Positions 43,141-56,982 are shown, counted from the stretch's first letter. The stretch is 64,000 bases of DNA from the human T2T-CHM13v2.0 reference genome, Homo sapiens (GCF_009914755.1 NC_060942.1), one strand, 5' to 3'. Notes: generated from the letters alone by a model not told the origin. Made by a program: numbers and translations.

Positions 43141-43982
43141 CCTGTTTTATTATATCAGTTGAAATGTAATTTTATATCTGTTGATCTACTAAGCATTCGA
43201 ATTTGTGTTAAACAAAATAATATGATAATTAAATATTTAGGATCTCCACACTGGATTTGTGACAGAGAGGTATTAATTTTAAAGTAGATTTGTTACCATT
43301 GAAGTATGAATGACTGTATTCTCACATGCATTCACAAACTTACCAACTTTTATCTGTGCGTACTGTATTAGTAGATCCTCTGATTAAAATAAAAAATAAG
43401 ATATTAACCTTTTATTGCCATGGTGTTTCTGTCTTGCGGAATTTATCATGACTTCTATATTAAAGAACCTGTTTGGTAATATTTAAACCAAACCTAAAAC
43501 CAGTTCTCTCTGTTGGAATCAATTTTCCATATAAGGCTTGTTTTCAGACAAGAAAATGTATTTTGTTGTTTCCGGCAGGGGTGAAAATACAAAACTCTGC
43601 TGGTGTAGCTACATTTTATTCCTGATTTATTGCGGCCATATTTAGATGTCTCGTCACCTGGCTGTGGACTAGCTTATCTCCTCTTGCCACCAGTGGAGAC
43701 TTCATGCATGCTTCCAGGCATAAACAACACATGCAGAGCAACAAAGATGTTCCACGAACTAAAAATACCAACAGTAGAAAACTATGGGCATTAAATCAAA
43801 TGGATATTAAATCAAATACCTAAAGCTTGTGATTTATAAACAATTCAAGATGTGATTTTAGCGTTGTATTGTGAAAACTAATAAACATTATAACACTTGA
43901 TTACTTAAACTTTTTGTTTTCAGGGGAGAGTGTTGAAGAACATGAACTTATCTGTGTTTTTAAGCAGCAGTAAAAATGTTTG

Positions 43983-44694
43983 TCAGATGAGTAGATTGCA
44001 AAAATTTTCTCCTTTCTGTAGGTTGCCTGTTCACTCTGATGGTAGTTTCTTTTGCTGAGCAGAAGCTCTTTAGTTGGTGGGACTGTAAACTAGTTCAACC
44101 ATTGTGGAAGACAGTGTGGCGATTCCTCAGGGATCTAGAACTAGAAATACCATTTGACCCAGTCATCCCATTATTGGGTATATACCCAAAGGAATATAAA
44201 TCATGCTGCTATAAAGACACATGCACACCTATGTTTATTGCGACACTACTCACAATAGCAAAGACTTGGAACCAACCCAAATGTCCAACAATGATAGACT
44301 GGATTAAGAAAATGTGGCACATATACACCATGGAATACTATGCAGCCAGAAAAAAGGATGAGTTCATGTCCTTTGTAGGGACATGGATGAAGCTGGAAAT
44401 CATCATTCTCAGCAAACTATCGCAAGGACAAAAAACCAAACACCGCATGTTCTCACTCATAGGTGGGAATTGAGCAATGAGAACATCTGGACACAGGAAG
44501 GGGAACATCACACAATGGGGCCTGTTGTGGGGTTGGGGGAAGGGGGAGGGATAGCATTAGGCGATATACCTAATGTAAATGACGAGTTAATGGGTGCAGC
44601 ACACCAACATGGCACATGTATACATATGTAACAAACCTGCACATTGTGCATATTTACCCTAGAACTTAAAGTATAATAAAAATATATATATATA
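43983..44694 (+). mobile_element. L1PA4/5-like 3' end with 5' inversion
   Basis: 43983-44075 antisense ORF2 piece, 44073-44680 sense ORF2 end and 3' UTR with AATAAA; TSD TAAAAATGTTTG/TAAAAGTGTTTG. Confidence 0.93.
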
Positions 44695-45566
44695 TAAAAG
44701 TGTTTGAAAAGATGTTCATCCTTAGCCTAAGTGATAATTAAGTCATAAGTTAATGAATTTATTCAAACCAGATATGTGAACTCTGAAATTAAGTAAAGGG
44801 CTTATGTGTGGCACTACCCTTGGTACTAATAGTAAGGTATCTTATTGATTCATCATTTATTTGACCAATATGTTTTTATTAATTAATATATATGCCAGGC
44901 ACTCTGATAGGCTCATGGTCTTCATAGTGGATGAGAAAGTTTCTGCTCTAGTGAAACTTACATCGTAGGGTCTGAAGGGAAACAGCAAGTAAGCACATGC
45001 ATAAAACAGATAATTTCACAGACTGATAAATGAGTTAAGGAACAGCCATGATGTGATTTACAGGGACTGGGAATGAGTGGGAGATTCTTTATGTGAAATG
45101 TGGTTCTCAGGGACGAACTGAGAGAAGGGGGCTCAGGCAGACAGATCAACAACAGCAAAGACCCTCAGGAAAGAACAAAACTGCATGATTTGAGGAACAG
45201 CAGGGTGCTCAGTGGAGCCAGAATAACAGCAGGGAAGGAGATTGTGGTAGCATGCAAACTATGAGATATTGTCAGGGTCCATATTAATGACAGTGGACTT
45301 TACTCCAAATGAAATAAGAAGACAGTGTAAAATTTCAATTGGTGGTGAAAATGAAAATGATCTGATTTACATTTCTAAATTGTCCCACTCCCTCCCCATT
45401 CTCCCACCCCTACCCACTGTCCCTCTTCTGCCTCATCAGTGCATTCTAAGGAGGGATTTTAAAGAATAGAAGTCGAAAAACCAATTACAACACTAACACA
45501 ATAGTCCTGAGATAGACGATAGTGGCTTGAACTGGGGTCTTGGTGGTAAAAAATGGGGAAAAATAT

Positions 45567-45622
45567 AAACTATGCACTTGAAACTATGAAATAGAAACTA
45601 TGCACTTGAAACTACGAAATAG
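45567..45622. repeat. 28-bp tandem duplication
   Basis: AAACTATGCACTTGAAACTAYGAAATAG x2, one mismatch. Confidence 0.9.
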
Positions 45623-45697
45623 ACTTGATAAAACATAGTGAAGGTGTAGATTAGAGAAAAGGTAGAGAAAAAAGAGAAACGAAGAACAGCTCTTAGG

Positions 45698-45811
45698 ATT
45701 TATTTATTTATTTGAGATGGAGTCTCACCCTGTCGCCCAGGCTGGAGTGCAGTGGTGCAGTCTCAGCTCTCTGCAACCTCCACCCGCCAGGTTCAAGCGA
45801 TTCTCATGCCT
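45698..45811 (-). mobile_element. Alu right-arm fragment without TSD
   Basis: (ATTT)n plus about 100 nt of Alu 3' end; closely matches the Alu at 48416-48743. Confidence 0.9.
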
Positions 45812-47310
45812 GAATTCATTTTGCAATGGAAACTAGTTCCATCGGCTGAGCTGGAAATGGCCGGTAAAAGAGCAGGTTTGAATTTGGAAGTCTGGAGTTC
45901 TGCTGTAAACAAAATAACTTTCATCCATGTGGATATTTCAAGTGGGAAGTTGAAAAAATGAGTTTGGACTTCAGCGGATAGGATACATTATTGTAGTTTA
46001 GATCAGGACTAAGAAGACTTTTTTTTTGTGAATATATGTTGATAATTTTTCTCCAAAGTTGTAGTACTGTTTTCCCAGTCTACTATCAAAAATGTGGCTT
46101 TTGAAAAGAAACAAATTCAGTTAAAGTCTTCAACAACAAAGAAGTTGTTAGAGTTTGTCCATATATTATAAATTTATTCTTAGTGTGCTGTTCAAGAAAG
46201 CCAGACAAGAATATATTCACTGAAGAAAGCTAAGACATTTTCTTAAGAAAAATAAATAGTTGAAAGGAAAGTAAAATATACACAAGGGTGAGAAATTCTT
46301 TTGATCCTGTTGGCAATGAGATTCTTAAACAGCACCTCAAGTTTACAAGAAAGATAAAAATTAGGTCCTACACATTTTCTAGAAAGCATTTAAATTTGGA
46401 TGTTACAGATTCATTGCTACCACCTAGTCCAAGCCTGCCTTAAAAGAGATGGTTTCTTTCAAGTCCATTCATTTTCTTAGGATCTCGTCAATTTTTCAAG
46501 CTTTGAGGAGCTCAGTTTATAATGTATGGATTTAGATAAGAAATCCTGAGAAGAAAGAAAAAATATTTATCACAGAATCAATTTCACTGAAAAAATGCTT
46601 CTCCGCCCACCCCCCCAAAATCCTAGATATTTGCAGCTTCTTTGAATATATATCGTTTCCAGTTTAGAAAGCATAATCCTTAAAGGCAATGACCCAATTC
46701 CATCAAAACTACCCAAGTGTTACTCTCAAATGAGTGAGGATGCTCGAATGTTATTTTGATTTTTATTTTCAGGTCATAGAAAATCACCAATCCTCTGGAA
46801 ACAGTAAGTCTTATCTTTAGGACTTGCTTAGCATGCATTTGGCTCTCTTCCCACTCTGTGGAAATGTGCCTTGCTATGCTTCTAAAAGATGCCAGGTGCA
46901 GAAAGGCCAACCAAGGATTGACATCCTCAACTTGAGCCTGTAGGGAGGTGTCACAGATTTTACAGTTATTGGAAATCAATGCTAATCGGAATTCTTTTTG
47001 AAGCAGCAGAAATATAACCTGGAGCAGCCTTGCAGACACAGCTAGATTTAAGTTTAAGAGTCCCCCCACTGAACTAAATATTGTCTGGAGAGATGGATTT
47101 TTGATCAGGCTTATACGTCAAAGGAAAAGTCCTACTCTTTGAATTTGTATCATATTTCTAAGAGTCTGCAAACCCCGAGAACTAATCATTCCTGGTTGAT
47201 GGGACACAGAAAGCAGTAAGATTTGTTTTACAACCATATTCAATTGATGCTTTCTGAATCAGTGATGCTCAAATAATGCCTGTTCAAAAAGATTGCATGT
47301 GCATATTTGA

Positions 47311-47425
47311 AAGCATCGTCGACCTGGATTTCTACTACCACACGTAGGATAAATCCTAAAATTCTTTACTGGAAGCACATACACTCATGCACACATGCAT
47401 GCGTCTGTAGGCACTTCAGAAATTG
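47311..47425 (+). repeat. 115-bp dispersed direct repeat, copy 1 (probable donor)
   Basis: Matches 49106-49220 with 4 mismatches, no indels. Confidence 0.97.
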
Positions 47426-48346
47426 AAGCTTGCCCAGTGGACATCGTGCTGTTCCAAATTCAATAGCCCCCAAAGAAGCTGAATTCATTTTGCACTCAAA
47501 GAACTTTAAAAGAAAGAACCCTTCCCTGCCACCAAAATTGCCTGCCTCACTTTAAAACAAATTTTTGAAAATGAACAATTCAGTGGCTCCTATGACAGAC
47601 CTGGAATGACTTTAACTTTTAACTTCTGAAATAATTATCTGGTACACGGCATCACTGTGCCTGTCTCTAGCACAGTGTACCATCTCTAAACATGCAAATT
47701 CCTTGGTTTTCAACAAAGCAGTCCTGGAGGAAGGGGACCCTGATTAAAGTTAAAGGCATCCTAGAGTTGTATAAGTGCGATGAATTATATAAATGTAGCT
47801 ATGTTTCATTCCTTGTGACTAACAGAGTAAAAATGCATTGTAATTCTTAGGGTTATTCAAATACTGTTAAGATGATATATTTTTGTTGTGGGATTACACT
47901 GAAAGCCATAATATCCAAGTCGCCAGAATGATATGACTTGAAATATAACTTATTATGAACATACTTGTAAAAGAAAAAAAAATCCACCAGCAAAAAGTAA
48001 TGTTAAAAATTATCACACTATTTTTACTTTTCTAGCTGTTTAGATCCTAAGATCCATTATAAAGTCTTATTTTATACAGGGTACATTTTTTAAAAAAATC
48101 TATGTTCAATATTAGCTTATGAAGTTTTAGAGTGTTAGTATGAAGCATTTTCTAAATAGATACTGTGCTTCCTAAAGTTTCCTTAAATATAATGGCAGAG
48201 ATGGGTTGGCAATGGCCTTATTGCAAGTTTTACAGGTTCTAGCTCTGAAAGGACAATATGCTGTAGGGTGTAGGTTCTTGTCCAGTAAAACTATACCATG
48301 TAGCAAACTGAAACCTAGAATTTCTCCCTCCCATCAATTAGTCTAA

Positions 48347-48743
<397 letters not shown>

Positions 48744-49105
48744 GTGAAGTGTATTTTTGTACTGGCTCTGCTTCATCTGGCATAGGCATGAACTTTCTGT
48801 AGCTCTTAATACCCTATTTTTATTTCTAGTACCACAGGATGCTAGATAATCTGAATTAGCAAGAAAAAAACTATACACTATTAAAATAATTTTATTCCAT
48901 TTTAAATCTTTATGTTCATTTTCACATATTAAATGAGGAGGTTCTGTGTCAGATCCTAAAACTTTCATGGTTACCAAAAGCAGACATTATGATTTGATTT
49001 TACTGAGATTTTCATCTGGTAGAGAAAAAAATATTAATCGATTACTTACTAAAATAGATAGAAATTTGAAAGTGTACTATAAGAGAATATAATAGAATAC
49101 ATTGC

Positions 49106-49220
49106 AAGCATCATTGACCTGGATTTCTACTACCACACGTAGGATAAATCCTAAAATTCTTTACTGGAAGCACATACACTCATGCATACATGCACGCGTC
49201 TGTAGGCACTTCAGAAATTG
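49106..49220 (+). repeat. 115-bp dispersed direct repeat, copy 2 (within L2-like sequence)
   Basis: Matches 47311-47425; flanks resemble L2 (TGGTCAGGAAAATCTTCCCTGAGAAAGTAATACATTGA). Confidence 0.95.
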
Positions 49221-49374
49221 TTTCCTGACCAAGTGTATGGTCAGGAAAATCTTCCCTGAGAAAGTAATACATTGAATTATAATTTGAGAACAGGTAGGAA
49301 TTAATATGCTAACCAAAAATACAAAAGCCAAAAGAGAAAAGGGGAAAAAAAAGTATGATGTTGATTTTCATTTT

Positions 49375-50490
49375 GATTTTTTAAAGTAATTATTTAATTA
49401 GAATTGTTTTAGAATCACAGGAAAGTGTAAACATAGTTCAAAGGGTGCTCATATAACCATATTCAGTTTCCTCTGTCGTTAAGATATTACATTAGTGTGG
49501 TAATGTAATATCCACAATAAAGTAATAAAACAATACTGACATCCTATTATTTACTGTACTTTATACTTTACTTTGATTTCATTAATATTTCTTAATGTCT
49601 ATCTCTGTTTCAGATCTCATCCAGGATACCACATTGCATTTAGTACTCTTGTTTTCCTAGGTTTCTCTGGATGGGGACACTTAATCAGACTTTCCTTGTT
49701 TTTATGATCTTGGCTGTTTTGAGGAGTGTGGGTCAGGTATTTTGTAGAAGGTCAGTCAATTGGGGTTTGTCTGAAGTTTTCCTCATATCTAGATTGGGGT
49801 TGTGAGTTTCGGGGAGGAAGAACACAGAGGTGAAGGGCCCTTCTAACTACATCATTTATAGGGTACGTGCTGTCAACCATCAACGTGACTGTTCAGAGAT
49901 GATGTGAACCCTGATCAGCTGACTCAGGTAGTATTAGCCAAGTGCCTCCTCCATAAAATTCTTATTCCCTCCCTTTTCCATACTCCGTTCATAGGAAATA
50001 AGTCACTGTATTAATCCATTCTCACACTGCTATAAAGAACTACCTGAGACTGAGTAATTTATAAAAAGAAGAGGTTTAATTGACTAACAGTTCGGCAGGC
50101 TGTACAGGAAGCATGGTTAGGGCAGCGTCAGGAAATGTATAGTCGTGGTAAAGGTGAAGCAATCATCTTCTTCACATGGTGGCAGGAGGGAGAGAGCAAA
50201 AAGGGAAGTGCTACATACTTTTAAACAACCAGATCTCGTGAGAACTCACTCACTATCACGAGAACAGCAAGGGGGAAATCCACCCCCATGATTCAGTCTC
50301 CTCCCACCAGGCCCCACCTCCAACACTTGGGATCACAATTCAACATGAGTTTTGGGTGGAAACACAGAGCCAAACCACATCAGTCACTAAGTACAGATTA
50401 TGCTTGGAGAATGTGGCATTAAGGTCCACTTCCATGAGTAGGAAGTAAATTACGTAAAGTATTTGGAATTCTTCTATATAGTACATTTGT
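49375..50490 (-). mobile_element. L1MC3/L1MD-type 3' end interrupted by MSTA
   Basis: CCAGGATACCACATTGCATTTAGT, TCAGACTTTCCTTGTTTTTATGA, GGTCAGGTATTTTGTAGAA motifs. Confidence 0.8.
50007..50382 (-). mobile_element. MSTA (MaLR) solo LTR
   Basis: TGTATTAATCCATTCTCACACTGCTATAAAG...CCAAACCACATCA; perfect TSD GTCAC. Confidence 0.92.
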
Positions 50491-50755
50491 TTTTGACATA
50501 TATATGTGTTAGCATTTTAAAAGGCTCAAAACTTAACCATAAAGCATAACATAAAATATTGAATGTGTCTCTATCTCAGCAACATGTTATAAGTGGCTTT
50601 TCTTTATTTCCAACTTTTGTATAGTGGCTACGGTTATATTATACACGAAAAAATTTAAAATAAAAAATGAAGATGTGAAATCTTCTAGCATATTTAAATC
50701 CAGAATCTACACGTAATTGCTACTATTATATTTGTCTTTAAGTTGTGGCATTTTT

Positions 50756-50788
50756 CACTCGATCTTAACCAAAAGGCCAAGAAGTGAT
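50756..50788 (-). pseudogene. 3'-truncated (tailless) U2 snRNA retrocopy, nt 1-33
   Basis: Minus strand ATCACTTCTTGGCCTTTTGGTTAAGATCGAGTG vs U2 5' end ATCGCTTCTCGGCCTTTTGGCTAAGATCAAGTG (4 mismatches); TSD AGTTGTGGCATTTT at 50741-50754 and 50790-50803. Confidence 0.93.
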
Positions 50789-50955
50789 GAGTTGTGGCAT
50801 TTTGAAATATACACAAGTGTATATAAATTGGATTTACAGTATAAAAAAGAGAAATAAAAATTACAAAAGCATCAATGTACTCACCATTCAGATTAAGAAA
50901 TAAAGGAGCTCCATGTGCCTCCTCAATTTTATTTTCTTTTATCATCTATGAGCTA

Positions 50956-51367
50956 TATTAAAAGAAAAAGCATTTAGACAAATAAAATTTAGCAGAGTTC
51001 TTGTGAGCAAAGAAGGATCATAAATCAGGCAGCATTAGAACCAGAACAGGTTCATAAAGCTCCACTCAGCAATATGAGCAATGAGCTTTCATACGGACCA
51101 TAGAAGCAAACAAGAGAAAACAGTTGATTGGCTACAGATTGGCCTCATTTGGAACTGGCATGATGAGGCATTTGTCTTATTTGGACATAGTCTGAACATT
51201 TGGCTGCCTGTGATTGGCTTAAATCTAGCTATGTGTTACAAAAATATATACTCCAAAGTTAGCTTTTGGTTTGTATATGTATTAAATTAGATGAGGTTTG
51301 TTCCATAGTAACTCAAAGTATAAAGACAGCTTCAGGGTAATGGTCTCCTGTTTATTTAATTCTGCAA
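50956..51367 (-). mobile_element. MER31/MER67-group ERV1 LTR
   Basis: TTAAAAGAAAAA...AGACAAATAAAATTTAGCAGAGTT...GAGCAAAGAA and TTGATTGGCTACAG, TGTGATTGGC motifs. Confidence 0.65.
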
Positions 51368-51439
51368 CTGCCAGCCTGGTATTTGTGTCTCTTAGCTCCT
51401 TGTTTTGATTTATAGTTTTAAAATTTATTTATGTTTCCT

Positions 51440-52150
51440 TTAAGTTTATCTTAACAGAATATACATGGAAAAGTGCTTGTGTATTTTGCACATTATTTGT
51501 TAAAAATTCATTAATGTTTTTGTGCACAACTTTTGTTTATTCTTAGTGTTGTTATGTTATTTTGATATATGAGTATAACCACACACATATATACATAATT
51601 TGTTTTTCCTAATACTGATGGTCATTTTAATATTTTAACTTAATTGATATTATGAACGATATTTCTATAAATATTCTTGGGCACGTGTCTTGGTACTTGT
51701 GCATGAGAATTTCTATAAGGTATATATCTAGGAAGGAAACAAATTTGAAACAGCTACATTATTAAAATATACCAACTGCTTTCCAAATTTTTCTCCCAAT
51801 TTGTATCTCTACGAACAGTATATGAGAATTATGATTGTACACACTCTTGACAATCCTTACTATTCTTAGATTTTAAAAATATCCCCAATTTCTGTTTGTG
51901 AAATGGACTTAAGCATGGTATTAATCTCTGATTCGTAATAAAATAGAGCATTTTTAAATTAGCCATTTATTTTTCCATACTTGTGAAATACTTTCTCAGC
52001 TTTAGTATAGAATGACGTTATTCATACTGACATAGTGGATTTCTTTATATATTCTAGACTCAATATTTTTATGGGAGTTATATAGTGCTAATTTTACCTC
52101 CTGGTTATTTTAATATGATTTATGACAGTTAATAGACGTTCTTAAATTCA
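51440..52150 (-). mobile_element. Old L1ME-like fragment
   Basis: CAACTGCTTTCCAAA, AACAGTATATGAGAATT, TTAGCCATTTATTTTTCC antisense ORF2-end motifs. Confidence 0.6.
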
Positions 52151-52453
52151 CCAGAAAGCAGATGGATACATTTTCTTATAATTTCTCTTCTCTTCTATGC
52201 ACCAAGTATAAACATTATACCCTTTATGGATACTGTGGTAACAACTATATTTTGTAAATTCCTCATTTGTATTTGTGCTCCTTGTTTCTTTTCATTTCTT
52301 ACAAATACTGTTATGATTTTCATGCATTTGCAAAGTTGACAATAAATTAACTTCAGATCTTAGTGATCACTGAGACAGCTATGGTTTCAGGAAGTACCAC
52401 AATGACCTGCAAGCTAATGCATTTTCTTTCATTTATTTTTCTGTGTTAGGTAG

Positions 52454-52881
52454 TGTGTGAGTTTGTTCTTGCATTCCTATAAAGAAATACCCGAGGCTGG
52501 GTAGTTTATAAAGAAAAGAGTTTTAATTGGCTCACGGTTCTGCAGGCTGTACAGGAAGTGTAGTGTCAGCATCTGCTCAGCTTTGACTGAGGCCTCAGGA
52601 AGCTTCTAATCATTGTGGAAGTTGAAGGGAGAGCAGGCACATCACATGGCAAGAAGGGCAGCATGAAAGAGAGAAAGACAAGATACTGGACTCTTTTAAA
52701 CCACCAAGTTTTATGGGAACTAACAGAGTGAGAACTCACTAATCACCCAAGGGATAGTGCTAAGCCATTCATGAAGGATCCGCCTGCATGATCCAATTAC
52801 CTCCCACCAGGCCCCACATTCAACACAGGGAATCTCATTTCAACATGAGATATTGAGGGTACAAATATCTAAACCATATAA
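52454..52881 (-). mobile_element. MSTB (MaLR) solo LTR
   Basis: GGCTCACGGTTCTGCAGGCTGTACAGGAAG...GCATCTGCTC...AAACCATAT; perfect TSD GGTAG. Confidence 0.9.
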
Positions 52882-55800
52882 GGTAGGACGTTTTATGAGA
52901 TTGTATTTCAACACATTCTAATTACTTCGTGGTACTTTTGAATTCATAGGTGTGTATACTATTTTTCATTGAGCACTGACACACTCATTGTAATCCACCA
53001 AATATAGCCTAAATCATTTGATATGCTAGGCCATTAAACACAACCAGACTTGGAGAGAACAGTTTTACGTAAGATATGGCTCACATGAGCCTTTACAAAA
53101 TCATCTCCTAATGTCTCCTTAATCAGTGACATAAATCATTTGGACTGATGTTGAAATTTCAAAATTTATTAGCAAGAAGAAGGTAGTACATGAAAGTCAT
53201 AATAGTTCTTTCCCCTGAAAGATATAAGTGAGAGATAAACTTCATGATTTTAATAAGAACATACCTGTTGTGACATTTTTCCCATAAAGCAATAACTAGA
53301 TTTCTCTATTTCTAATTACTTTTGGCTTTGAAAGATATCATGGAACTTCCTGTACTGTTGCATCATACCTCTGTGAAATTTGGGGAAAGAATTTTATATT
53401 CCCCTCTAAGTTTGTTTTATTTAGGTAAAAAATAGAGGCTTTTAATTTGTGTTATATGACTTCCTCTTCAAGCAGTGCTGACACTTCAGTTAGTGATCTC
53501 ATTGACTAGATAGAACACTTCTGATTTATTAAGGGCTATGGTTTTAAGCTGTGAAACTGTGCAATGCAATTTTGCACACAAGAAATAAAAATTCAGAGCT
53601 AATAAGGATGTCTGTGCAATACATAGCACTATAAACACTAATCCCAAGAGTATGCACATAATTATACTCAATTTCTTCCATTTTAATGAATAAAGGCATA
53701 TATTAATATCTCCAGTTTATTCTTCAAATTTATTACCTTCTAAACAGAGCATCAGAGTCACTATACTCCAGCCTTTCAAGAATAGGTAGCTGGTGACTTG
53801 CCCTAATTACATATTCAGTCCCCAAAATATCTCGGTTTCTCACATAGTGGCTGTTCCACATCACTTCTGAATAAATACACTGTGTATAAGTACAATTTTC
53901 TCTACGTACCATAAGGCTTAGAAGAAGTAGGAGAATGGATAATGTTTCACAAGTTATTTATGTAGAAGGCAAGAGCAAAACTTTGAAAGAAAGTATGCTC
54001 AGTGCATTATCATAAAACACAGAAATACCTAATTGGGATATAATATTATCAAAAGTATTTAGGAATAAATCTAAAATATCTTGTGTTAATTACAGCCCTC
54101 AATACTCACCACACAAGACAATACACTCTGCTTTATGCATATAGCAGTCAACATCATTATCAAATGTTTCTTATGACTAGCCAAAATATGAAACAGACTC
54201 TTGAATTATTTTGACAAGTTTCTGCATATAGTCTATAAATTCAGATAAGTCCTGCTGAATAATGCACTTACGGACTTTTATTTAGGGGAAGACATTTTAT
54301 TATTTAATTATTTGTCAGTCTTAGCTGTACTCACTGATTAAGTCCACCTGAGAACTTGCTTCTAACTTTTGTCTCAAGGCTTTTGAGAAAAATATTCTAA
54401 TAAAAAGAAAGACTGTTTTGCTAGATACAAGTTAGTAATGGAATAGATTAGTGTGATTCTCACATTCTTCGACACTTCTTAGGACGTGCAGTAAAAGGAG
54501 ATGTACAACACTTACATTTAGAGAAATGTAAGGCAAATGTGCAATATATATCTGAAACATCGTTGTTAGTTTTCAGTGGCTATGTCCTTCCTTAAGAATT
54601 AGACTTTCTTAATCATTTCATCCTTAAGGTTTGAAAATAGAAAACAGTGCTTTGGAGAACACATCAATTTCCAACCTTTACACAAACATCTTTATATCTG
54701 CCTTATAATCTGCCAAAAGGCTCTTATGGTTTGCTGAGTAACAGCCCCTCTATGCCAGTTACCCACAAAATGTAGTCAATATATTTGCTTTTTTTCTTTT
54801 TTAAATACATAGGTTATTTTCTGTAATTTATTTTAAATATAAAATAGACCCAAAATGTAAATTTCATTAGAATGTCACCATTGAACAGAGAAAACTAGTC
54901 CTACACTCTTACTAACTTTTAAAGTATTTTACCTTTCTACGAGCTACTGGCCAGGATATATTGTTTTATTCTCAGTAATTTTTGAGATATCTTACATCTC
55001 ATAATTTTATTTGGTAGTTTCTAAGAGATGTATTTTCAATTAGTTTTAACTGATTGTAAAGACATGATAAGATTAAATGACAACACCAGAACTACCTAAA
55101 AATATCAAGGGATATGATTTAGATATAAGAGAAATTATATAGTCACGCTGCCAAAGCGTGTCACATAAATGCAAGGTAACAGTCAACATGCATGAAGGAC
55201 AGAATGCTTACAGCACTAACTCTATATGTCTGTGGGTGAAATCACTGCACACAAATATTGATGTCAAAGACATTGTTTTACTTTTGTAGTTGAGATTTGT
55301 TAGTGCCATTTGGTTTGTTTTTCCACTATACCTGTATACATTATGATTTTGAAAAGGAAGGATTTCAAACTTTACACATATTCTGGTATGTGATGGCATC
55401 TTATTCTAACTATACAGCTCTTCCACTCTCTCCAGGCTTCAGGTTGAAATGCACTGTCGAAAACAGCATTTTTCCTTCCCTTGCCTAATAGTTTTGGGGA
55501 TTAAAAGCGTGCAATTCCAAGTGAGGGACAGAAAGAGAAATGAAGTGTTTTTGAGCTGAGAGGTTTCATTAACTGAGACACTGCTGATATTGCAACAGTT
55601 CAACACCACCGTGTCACACCCCTCAAAAAAAATCAGAAAAAAAGTTGAGGTGCTATGAAAGAAATCAGTCTTTAAAAGAAGGATGAGCAATGTCAGAAAA
55701 ATTCATGAAAAATGATATAACTACTCTGGTTGATAGTACAAATCATGAATAAATCATACACTGCAAGGGAAGCATGAAAATTGCTTGGTATCTAGGACAT

Positions 55801-56226
55801 TGGATGCTGCATTCTTAGAGAGAAAAAAAAAAGTGATACACATATTGTCCCTTGCATTTCCCACGGTAGCGAAAGGAACTGGTCATTTGAAATTTTTTAC
55901 TTCTGTTTAACTCTAATACAAATATATTGTTTTCCGAAGACTATTTTAGCTTATTTCTTCCTGTTTTAGAAATTTATATAGCATAACTTTAGTCATTGTC
56001 TTCCTTTGTATCTCAAAACTATTGTGTAATGACTTCAGGATAGTTTCAAATGTCCAAAAATCTCTTTTGTCGTTTACTCAAAGCAATATTTGTTTTCAAT
56101 TAATGACTTCAAATATTAATTTCTAATTTTAACATTCCAACTTTCTAAATTATTTTCATTCAATTCTAGGGGTTAGATTTAATGTCCTCTGGTCCCAGGG
56201 GTATGAGTTTAAACTTAAAATGTTTG

Positions 56227-56566
<340 letters not shown>

Positions 56567-56842
56567 TTAGGCTTATGATTTGCATTAATCTAAGAGTTGA
56601 TATTTGTCCTACCCAGCAAGGAGTAGGGACTAGGTGAGAGTCCAACAGGTGGGTGAGATGAAAATTATGCACTAGTTTCCATCTCCTACAATTGGTAAAC
56701 ACAGTTAGAATTTCCTAATTTTATTTGCACTTAGATTAATTTGCATAAATTCAATTATTCATCTACACACAAATGTACAAAAATTTGAATCCAAATTATT
56801 ATGATCTGCATTAGCATATTTCTATGAATGTTACTCTCTTAT

Positions 56843-56982
56843 CTCTTGCTCTGTCACCTGTGCTGGAGTTTAGTGGTGTGATCATGGCTCACTGCAACCT
56901 CAAACTCCTGGGAGCAAGTGATCCTCTGTCTTAGCCTCCTGAGACTCTGGGATTACAGGTGCACGTCACCTCATCCAGCTAA

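Larger units (their letters stand above)
44850..45985 (-). mobile_element. L2 LINE 3' portion with later insertions
   Basis: Antisense L2 tail (TATATGCCAGGCACT, TTCTGCTCTAGTGAAACTTACAT) and body motifs. Confidence 0.7.

Noticed and set aside
43684-43702. CTCF-like TTGCCACCAGTGGAGAC
   Set aside because: Several mismatches in the 3' half of the core; not supportable without ChIP data.
46680-47069. 129-aa minus-strand ORF in unique sequence
   Set aside because: Non-ATG start, no recognisable domain, length within chance expectation for 64 kb.
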